A program made the position numbers and the translations under genes. Source: Octopus sinensis (Eukaryota). Taken from it: DNA of 64,000 nt. Positions 54,737 through 64,000 of this stretch are shown here, piece after piece. Below the pieces are notes generated by a model, which saw only the letters and a program-made list of their open reading frames with translations, had not been told where the DNA came from and did no database searches. The stretch is taken from assembly GCF_006345805.1 (NCBI RefSeq), contig NC_043000.1, positions 155,620,001 through 155,684,000 of the forward strand, given 5' to 3'. Every line of letters starts with the position of its first letter. Position 1 is the first letter of the stretch.

Positions 54737-55825
54737 GTCATCATTATGATCAGTGCCAAAATTACCACAGTACCTGTAGCAGCGATAATCAATCAAGCTA
54801 AAGTACCGCTAACTCCATCAAGTACTGCGACAAAAGACAAGTAGTTACAAGAATGTCAGCTACACCACTCCCATAACCAACCCTTTTTTTCTGATTAAGA
54901 CACAAGGCCATAAATTTGAAGGGGAGGGTTAAGTTGATAGCGCTTGACTAGTGCTATATATTTTTCGATACCGAATGGCTGAAAAGCAAAGTTGACCTCG
55001 ACAAGGTTCGAAACTAAAGTGCAAGGTAACGGAACAGGTACTACAAGGTACTTCTTTTCTGATGTTCTAATGATTCTACCAATCACCCTATCACTATAAA
55101 ATAACTCCAATGAAAGCAAGAAAGCAAATGTGTGATCTTCTATGTGGACGACTTACAAGTTAGAAATAGCTGCAAAATTTCTTTTGCATCAACTGTCATA
55201 AAAATAAAAAAACGCAATGATCATATGATTTTGAATTCACTGTATCTATAACGAAATCAAGACGGAAGAGATAGAATATTTTTTTTATCATAGGACTACT
55301 TCACTAAAGACAACAACACTAATAATTGTTTCCAATATGGGTACATGGCTGACATTTGAGAGAGTGGTTTTATCAATACCATAGGTGACAGTACTTGATT
55401 GTTATCATGTTTTCCGGTGTATAAGGCGAATTTTTCAGACCAAAATTCACACTCAAAAAAGGTAGGTTGGCTTATACACTAAGACGACTTTGGAGGACGA
55501 AAAATTCCATGTGAAATTCAGCAGATTTTGAAAAGTTAGGGACGATGTTTGAATGTTTACACTACATGTTTCGACTTATATGCCGGAAAATGCAGTACTT
55601 CATTTTATCGACCTCGAAAGAATGATGAGCAAAGTTGAACTGGTGAGATTTTAGTCCAGAACATAAAGTATCGGGAGTTAACCTGCACGGTAACTCTACT
55701 TAATCCAATGGTGTTACTTCTACACAATAGTTTTATCTGTATTTTAACGGCGTCGAAGAAGTTTTAATCTCTATGGCCGTGCGTGTCAAATTACATTCAG
55801 CATAGTGTATTAATTACTTCCACAT

Positions 55826-56086
55826 TTTTACTCTTTTCTCTTTCACTTTTACTCTTTTACTTGTTTCAGTCATTTGACTGTGGCCATGCTGAAGCACCAA
55901 CTTTAGTCGAGCAAATCGACCCCAGGACTTATTCTTTGTAAGCCTTGTACTTATTCTATCGGTGCCTTTTGCCGAACCGCTAGATGACGGGCACGTAAAC
56001 ACACCAGCATCGGTTGTCAAGCGATGATGAGGGGAACAAACACAGACACAAACACACACACACACACACACACACATACACACATA

Positions 56087-56162
<76 letters not shown>

Positions 56163-56410
56163 GCATCCTTTTTGTCTCGGGAGACAATGGAGTTGCGCTT
56201 AAAATAGTCCAGTCCGGCCATGTCCTGATACATTTCTTGCTGTGGCTGTGTAGTCCTATCCTGGACAAACACTCTCTCTGGCAGGTACCGCAAATGTAGC
56301 GAAGACTGTTCCTGGCTATATATACATATACATATATACGACGGGCTTCTTTCAGTTTCCGTCTACCAAATCCACTCACAAGTCTTTGTTCACCCCGAGG
56401 CTAAAGTAAA
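55826..56410 (-). mobile_element. CORE-type SINE (head missing) carrying a nested RTE 3' end
   Basis: Tail and body as in the other copies; insertion in the internal (TA)n. Confidence 0.85.
56158..56316 (-). mobile_element. RTE (BovB-like) extreme 3' end
   Basis: YICGTCQRECLSRIGLHSHSKKC plus tail ctccattgtctcccgagacaaaaaggatgccaaca. Confidence 0.85.
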
Positions 56411-56818
56411 AAGGCATAGTCCTCCTCAAATCACTCTCAATTGTCTTTGAACAATTTTGTTGTTGTTGTTGTTGTTGTTTAAGTACGTTGCTAAGATCAT
56501 AGATATGCTGAATCAGGTCTAACCTACTCAGCTAAGATATGGTAACATCCATAAATGAAAATTCTATTTTCCCTATTCAGCCACTTTTGGGATATGATCA
56601 ACGTTCTGCTAAACCAGAGTCTACATAGAGCTAAATAACATCATCATCATCACCATCACCATCATCATCATCATCATCATCATCATCATTATCATCATAC
56701 TGATCATCGTCATCGTGATCATGATGATGGTCATCATGATCATGACCATGATTAACGTCGACGTCGTCGCCAAGAACAACATCAACAACGACGGTAGCAG
56801 TAACATCAGCAACAACAG

Positions 56819-57040
56819 CAGCCGTCCAAGAATTTGGACGGACCTGGAGATCTCCTTTTCCAGCGACTTCGAGGGCCACCTCCCAGTGGTGTCGGGCGTC
56901 AACGAAGAACTCTCGACTGCAACAAGACGACCAAAGTTTTTTTCTTCCAAGGTTTGGGGTCTCCTGCCCCTAAGCCCTAGACCATCACCTAATCCCCCTT
57001 ACCCGTCTTGTTGCTTAACAACAACAACAACAACAACAGC
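56819..57040 (+). mobile_element. ~200-bp unclassified element ending in (AAC)n, copy 2
   Basis: Matches 35507-35700; flanked by AAC/CAG runs on both sides. Confidence 0.75.
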
Positions 57041-57070
57041 AGCAGCAGTCAGTACTTGACTTGTAATCGA

Positions 57071-57477
57071 TTACTCTTTTACTTGTTTCAGTCATTTGAC
57101 TGCGGCCATGCTGGAGCACCGCCTTTAGTCGAGCAAATCGACCCCGGGACTTATTCTTTGTAAGCCCAGTACTTAATCTATCGGTGTCTTTTGCCGAACC
57201 GCTAAGTGACGGGGACGTAAACACACCAACATCGGTTGTCAAGCAATGCTAGGGGGACAAACACAGACACACAAACATATACACACACATACATATATAT
57301 ATATACATATATACGACGGACTTCTTTCAGTTTCCGTCTACCAAATCCACTCACAAGGCATTGGTCGGCCCGGGGCTATAGCAGAAGACACTTGCCCAAG
57401 ATGCCACGCAGTGGGACTGAACCCGGAACCATGTGGTCGGTTAGCAAGCTACTTACCACACAGCCACTCCTGCGCCT
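57071..57477 (-). mobile_element. CORE-type tRNA SINE, full length
   Basis: Starts aggcgcaggagtggctgtgtggtaag; core; internal microsatellite; (TACTCTTT)-type tail. Confidence 0.92.
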
Positions 57478-57924
57478 ATGGGGATTAAGGGAGGATGAAA
57501 GGCAAAGTGGATCTCGGGACATAAATAAATGCTTTAAAATATGAAGTAGAAAACGGCCCACAATATGCCTGGATAACATGCCTACATCCATTACAATTAA
57601 CTGAAAGCTAATCAATGAACCAGAGATGGGAATATCAACAGTATGACTGGGGGAAAATTACGTCGTTGGGGGTGGGGCGTTCTATCTTGCAAAATGTAAA
57701 TGAGGTGGAGAGTTAATATATGAAATAGTGCGATTTAAAGAACTTCGATTAACTGAGACTATCTGTGTAATTAGCGGACAAAACTCACTGGGGTTTATTT
57801 AATTGGCAAAGACTCATGAAGGCGGTGCAACAGCAGGATTGCAGTTCAATGACTAAAACAGTGAAAGTGTGAGTACGCTTATGTGCGTGTATGTGTGTGG
57901 CTATTATTATTATATATATGCATA

Positions 57925-58303
57925 CATACTTACATACATGCATACGTAAAAAACAAAACATACAAATCTGCACATATACATACATACACACATACATACA
58001 TACATACATACATCCACATACATACATACATACATACATACATACATCATACATACATTCATACATACATACATACATACAACATACACACATAAACATA
58101 CATACATACATACAACATAATACCATACATACACACATACTACATTACATACATACATACATACATACATAAATAATACATTACACACATACAACATAAA
58201 TACATACATAAATAGTAACTACATACATACACACATACAACATACATACATACATACATACATACAATACATACATACATAAATACATACATACACACAT
58301 ACA

Positions 58304-58334
<31 letters not shown>

Positions 58335-58660
58335 TCATACATACATACATAATTCATACATACATACATAAATATACAAATATACATACAACACACATAT
58401 ACATACATTCATATACATACATAAATACATACTAATAAATACCCTGTGTCATGTAGAATTTCAATGAGGGAGCCTTGGATCAAGATTAGAAAATGGCTCT
58501 TTTTCTATTGGCAAGAAATTTTGAAATAAAACTGATTAATGACATACATACATAGTACGTACATACATACATGCATGCATGCATACATACATACATACAT
58601 ACATACATACATACATACATACATACATACATACATACATACATACATACATACATACAT
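57925..58660 (+). mobile_element. 3'UTR-only copy of the R4/Dong-type LINE with expanded internal (CATA)n and terminal (CATA)n
   Basis: 58435-58543 aligns (~80% by eye) to the reverse complement of 14509-14619; 57925-57975 resembles the pre-array segment of that copy. Confidence 0.75.
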
Positions 58661-58814
58661 GTAATCATGCATGTATGCATACATAGATATCAAAAGCAAA
58701 ACATTTAGTTAAAGAATAAAAGTGAACTCTTTGCTGAGTCCTATATAATTTTTGATAGCTTTAATATAGAGACGGAATTTCAGCTATTAATGTGTGCGCA
58801 TGCGTGTGCATGTG

Positions 58815-58860
<46 letters not shown>

Positions 58861-58892
58861 AACAGACAGACATACAGACAGAGAGAGAGGGG

Positions 58893-58931
<39 letters not shown>

Positions 58932-59496
58932 TTCTATATATGTTTCTGGAATATTTTGTTTGTATAAGCGCTTTATATGTACCTTTACAGCCGTATGTAC
59001 ACGCAAGTCTGTGTCTGTGTTTGTGTATGCCCGCTTGTGTGTTCGTGTGTACAATTGTGCCTGTGTTATATCAGAATAGTGATCCAGTTCACAGAAAAAT
59101 CAACGTCTAGAAAGGTTGGTGTCTGGGAATAAGGCTGATAATCGGCTTGCTAATGAAGTTAGCGGTCAGACGATCACGAGTACAACGGCTCAACGAACGG
59201 CTTGAAGAAGCGAACTGATGCGTATAACAAAGATGATGGCTTTAGAGAGGTCACTGTAGCAAGGTAACGGCCTTCAGTTCTGGACGGCCAATGAAATGTA
59301 TGCAACAGTCAATCAATTGCACAATCTATCAATCGATTGATTAATTGACCGACTGATGCGAAAAATGAGAGACAAATATATGCAGACAATGCGTACACAC
59401 AAACGTACGCACGCACACACGCGCGCACGTACACACGCACACATGCGCACGCAGATCGGTAGGTGAGTATATAGGAAAGTAAAGCGTAAGACAGCT

Positions 59497-59526
59497 ATAC
59501 AGATAGATAGATAGATAGATAGATAG

Positions 59527-59609
<83 letters not shown>

Positions 59610-59630
59610 CAGATAGATAGATAGATAGAC

Positions 59631-59699
<69 letters not shown>

Positions 59700-59748
59700 T
59701 AGATAGATAAATAGATAGAGAGAGAGAGAGAGAGAGAGATAGATAGAC

Positions 59749-59797
<49 letters not shown>

Positions 59798-59892
59798 TAC
59801 AGGCAGACAGACAGACAGGCAGTAGGCAGGCAGGCAGACAGACAGACATACAGACAGACAGACAGATAGATAGATAGATAGATAGATAGATA
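59497..59892. repeat. (GATA)n/(GACA)n array
   Basis: Direct reading. Confidence 0.95.
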
Positions 59893-60423
59893 GGAAAAGG
59901 ATTCAATCACTAGGGAATTAAGGAGACGGGATTTATAGATGGTGGGAGATATAGATTGAGTGATAGCGGCTGAAGAGTAGATAGCGAGCTAGTTATATGG
60001 TTAACAAGCTTGATAGATTGACGGATTAAAGAGTCGAATCGATCGAGGGAGAAAAAGAGAAAATAATAAGAGAGAGAGAGCGAGAAAGGGGGGGGGAGAA
60101 GAAGGAGGGTGAAGAGGAGGAAGTTATAGAAAAGAAGAATAAAAGACGGAGAATAATATAAGAACAAAGGAAAACCAAGAAAATGTGAATTAAAGGAAGT
60201 TAAAGAGTAAAAAAATCAATAGAATTTACGTATGCAAAGTATGAGTTCTGCGCGTATGTACGAATACATACATATATATATACACACACAGACATATATA
60301 TATTCATACAGAGACATGAGCACATACATGCATACAGACCTCTCTCTCCGTTCTCTCTTTGCATATATGTATACTTAAAAACACACACACACACAAACAT
60401 ACACAATATATGGGGGTTTAGTT

Positions 60424-60835
60424 CACGGGTGATCTAAACAATTAGGCACGCTAGGTAAGTGCTGTAGCGGATTACCAGGGCGCAGAAAGGTCTCAGTCAT
60501 GGATACCTAAAAGAGAGGGTTTACGTCAACCAACCGGAGAACCTGGTGCAACTGAAAGAGAACATCAATAGAGAAATCAGGGGAGTGGGGTCTGAAACTG
60601 TAGAGGGTGTTATGGTGCCAGTTTTGGAAAGAGCACAGTCGTGCAAAGCCGAAAAGGACGGCCATTTAAGCGATATCCTTTTTCGTATGTGATGTAGTGG
60701 TGTTGTAAACCTTGACGTGTGCATATTAATTTCTATTATGTCCTTTATATTGTATCAAAATTTCATGCATTTATTTATAAAATTAAGGACGTTTATTAAA
60801 AATTGAAACCCTTTAGTGACTTTTGGGTCACCCTG
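60424..60835 (+). mobile_element. Tc1/mariner-superfamily internally deleted relic
   Basis: GYLKERVYVNQPENLVQLKENINREI...CKAEKDGHLSDILF* transposase C-terminus; right TIR gtgacttttgggtcaccctg-TA; degenerate left TIR cacgggtgatctaaac. Confidence 0.75.
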
Positions 60836-62229
60836 TATATACTATCATTAAGATTCGCCTAGTCACCCCTAGCAGTAGTGCATCGCTACATATATGCAAC
60901 GTAGATGTGTGCAGGATAAACTAATTTTCTTGACGTAGTGAGCTAATATTGACCGTGTCTTTTAAATAAACCGAAGCGATAACACAGTGTTAGTGACATA
61001 AAAATTATGACAAAGGTTATGATCATATGTTTAATATGTAGCAATAAGATGATTCCAAATCCGACCATGGTTAACATTACTTAACATTACTACATGCTAT
61101 CTTGGACAACATTAGCAGAGTCCACACTTTTGAAATCATTCGATCCTGGACTACAGATTCAGGAGGACTTCTTCCTTTTTTCTTATGAATGCCGAGGGCA
61201 AGATGAAGAGTCACAGGCAATGTCTTCTCTTCTGAATAAAAGGCAAATCATAAAAACATAAATAAATAAGCTATTTCCTCTCAGCAAAGAGGGTTGACTC
61301 AATAAATCCTGACTCTGTCTTTAGAAAATGTTCAAACTAATCTCTTGTCGACTCGTTATCGCTCGTTGCTAACTGAGAGCCGGGTGATTTAACCACGAGC
61401 CCTGTTTTCACACCGAAGCTAGCAATAAACATATGATCGTAAAGTTGGTTACAATGTTAATCGCATAAACACCGTGTCAACCAACTTTGCACCACAATGA
61501 AAAGAGATCGGGTTTATCCTGACTATGTGTTTGTGTGTGTGGTGAGGTGTAGTAAAACGATACACTGATAGTTCAATCCATGCTATACTTTCAATAACTT
61601 GTTAGTTTATTCATAATTCGTGCGTTACATCATACAAAAACACCAGCCATTTCCTCGGGCACCAGACTTTTGGTAGAATAAAAATCGAATAAAAATATAT
61701 ATTGAGCTAAAGGAAATAATATTAGTCAATCAATGGTACGAATTTAAGTAAATCCAGTAACGAGTTAGGTAGTGAATGGCGAGGCGAAAGAAAATTAATT
61801 AAAAGTTTCCTTTCAGTTGAAAGAAGAAAACAAAAACTTAGCCGTCATTACTATCACACTGAAGTGAGTTGGTTAAGCTTTCATATCAAATCAGTGTGAA
61901 TAGAAAATGACATTAAGTTCACATAAACCAGTTTTACAGTTTTTTTTCAGTGTGTCTTACAGAGATTTTCGTGCAAATAGGTATTTGCCTTATAATATAA
62001 GGCAAAGCATTGTGAGACATCGTCTTGCAGAGAGCTCTGAGTTCCACATTTTCCAAAGTCCACAGAAGTACTATTTTGTTATTCTGACTTTAGTCACAGA
62101 ACCAACGTATGCAACATTCTCAAGGATTTCGAAGTACTTGTAGCTTTCATCATTGGATATAGGGGAGATAGACAAGCCGTTGACGTACATGTCTCAGCCT
62201 GGTAGATAACCTTTCCTCGGTTGACTCAG

Positions 62230-64000
62230 AATATAACTTTAGGACATCAACGAAAAATGTGTGGATGACATACAAGGAATAGAAAGCTCCGACAGGTCCT
62301 TAATCTTCTCGGATAAGACTAAGAACAAATACAGGATAGGTACACACACTTACCATAGACTTTTAGACGATTGCATTACACAAAAATACAAGCGCACTTA
62401 CCCGAAAAGATACAATAACGTTAACTGTGAAAACAAACCTAGGTAGAGCGGATAGGGTAGAAATTTTAGCCAAGAGAAATGCCTTTATCACAATAAAAGA
62501 CCACAAGCCAAACTTTGTCTCTCACTCCAAATGCCATCTGATCAAACCGGCTAAATCCGAGCTCGGCCAAGCGAGCAAGCATATACTGAGGAAGATTAAT
62601 GACGACATAGGGAGAGCCTCCGGCCTCTCTCTATGGTGCAACACCAAAGAGGTGACCTCATGGTAAAATGTTAACCGGGGAAGGTGTAGAGCAAGGTTCA
62701 CACAATTCGAGATAGTCGATTTTTACCTGTCGATATCAAAGGGTTGTTGATAGAGGCACGGCACTTTCCTTTGCTAAAGGCTTCACAGATATCAGCGATG
62801 GAGATATAGACGGTATAATGCATGCCAGGAAGACGATGCTGTTCAATAAAGATTCGATGTGGGTCAAGCAATCTGACCACGAGAGGTCCTTCGATGTAGC
62901 TATGCGAGCCTACAACAGCGCCGACGTACGTGATCTAATTGGTCTATCCATCCTGGACACCTTAGGGAAGGAATTCCCTTCGGTCCTCTTCGGTTTCTAC
63001 TGGGATGACGCTCTAGCAATCTCTAGAGGACCCAATAGCAACACGCTCGATAGACTTAGAAAGGACCTGGATAGTATCATAGGCTCCATGGGATTCAAAA
63101 TACTATCGAGACGAATCTCACCACCGTAGATTTCCTAGGTGCCACTCTAGCCGTGGGCTCTGGTACACACAGGCCTTGCCGCAAGTCAAACAAAAAGTCA
63201 TCCTATATCAACTTAGCCTCCTACCACCCCACTATCGTATTCAAGAATCGAGTGAAGGCTATCAGTAATAGGATCTCGAATCTATCCTCTAGTCAAGATA
63301 TCTTCGACGCCGCCGCCCCCTGCTACAATGAGATACTGGCGTCAAATGGGTTGTTTAAGGACCACATCTCCTTCATGCCAGGTCCTAGCACCCACAAATT
63401 AAAGCGCCGCAAAAACGTGGTTTAGTTTGCCCCACCCTTCTCTCTCAAGGATTAAGACTTGTGAGAGAAGGATATTCCTCAGGTTAATAGACAAACACTT
63501 CACGCTGACGCACAGATACAGACGTTTATTCAATAGGCACAGCATAAGGGTCTCCTTTAACTAACACGAAAAGTATATTAGCTAACACTCATAAAACACG
63601 GGAAGAGGCAGGTTGCTCTTGCAGGGCGTACAATGACTGTCCAGTGGGAGGCAAATGCGAGACTTAGGGAGTCATTTATGAAGCTGTGATGATACCCAGG
63701 TCTAGTGATTTCAGTAATAGCAGCAACGGATTATCCAACAACATCGACGGCATCGGATGCAACAACAGCAGCAGAAACACCAGCACTACAGCCGGAGATG
63801 ATCATGCGGACACCAACAGCACCAGTGATAACAATAACATCCCCAGGCCCGGAGCCAACCGTGTGAACACAGCCAACACCCAAATCTGGAAATGCATCGG
63901 ATCTGCGGGTACCACAGGTCTTCAATCAGGGTCCCTGAAAGGCGATTCGTCACATCCTTCGCCAGCCATGTGTGGCTCCTCAAAGATCAATAGACATACG
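62230..64000 (+). mobile_element. Penelope-like element (RT plus GIY-YIG), pseudogenised, running off the window
   Basis: FSDKTKNKY, AFITIKDHKPNF, KPAKSELGQASKHIL, FDVAMRAYNSADVRDLIGLSIL, FYWDDALAI, YINLASYHP, CSCRAYNDCPVGGKC, VIYEAV...CIGSAG, SFASHVWLLKD. Multiple stops and frameshifts. Confidence 0.9.

Noticed and set aside
63610-63630. Possible selenocysteine codon, as in some Naiad-type PLEs
   Set aside because: The CxC motif is encoded tgc-tct-tgc, with no in-frame TGA at that position.

Overview
This is AT-rich eukaryotic DNA saturated with microsatellites and transposable elements. The SINE families, simple-repeat load and LINE types point to an octopus (coleoid cephalopod) genome; this is inferred from recognising the repeats, not from a database search. 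I found no intact host protein-coding exon, rRNA or true tRNA gene, so the window is intergenic or deep intronic. Almost all long ORFs in the supplied track are microsatellite artefacts. The real coding remnants are all decayed TEs: an L1/Tx1 LINE, several RTE LINEs, an R4/Dong-type restriction-like-endonuclease LINE, three Tc1/mariner relics and a Penelope-like element running off the right edge. Non-autonomous elements include three tRNA-derived SINE families with swapped modules, four near-identical 400-bp Helitron copies and two fold-back/MITE-like elements. The most notable observations are: (i) an RTE LINE with a codon-contiguous 5' inversion of twin-priming geometry, plus a second RTE with the same topology; (ii) several retroposons each tied to a particular microsatellite motif ((CATA)n, (AAT)n, (AAC)n), including a LINE whose 3'UTR carries an expandable (CATA)n array; (iii) a Penelope GIY-YIG domain with a 71-aa in-frame spacer. 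Coordinates were read by eye and may be off by a few bases where boundaries are degenerate.
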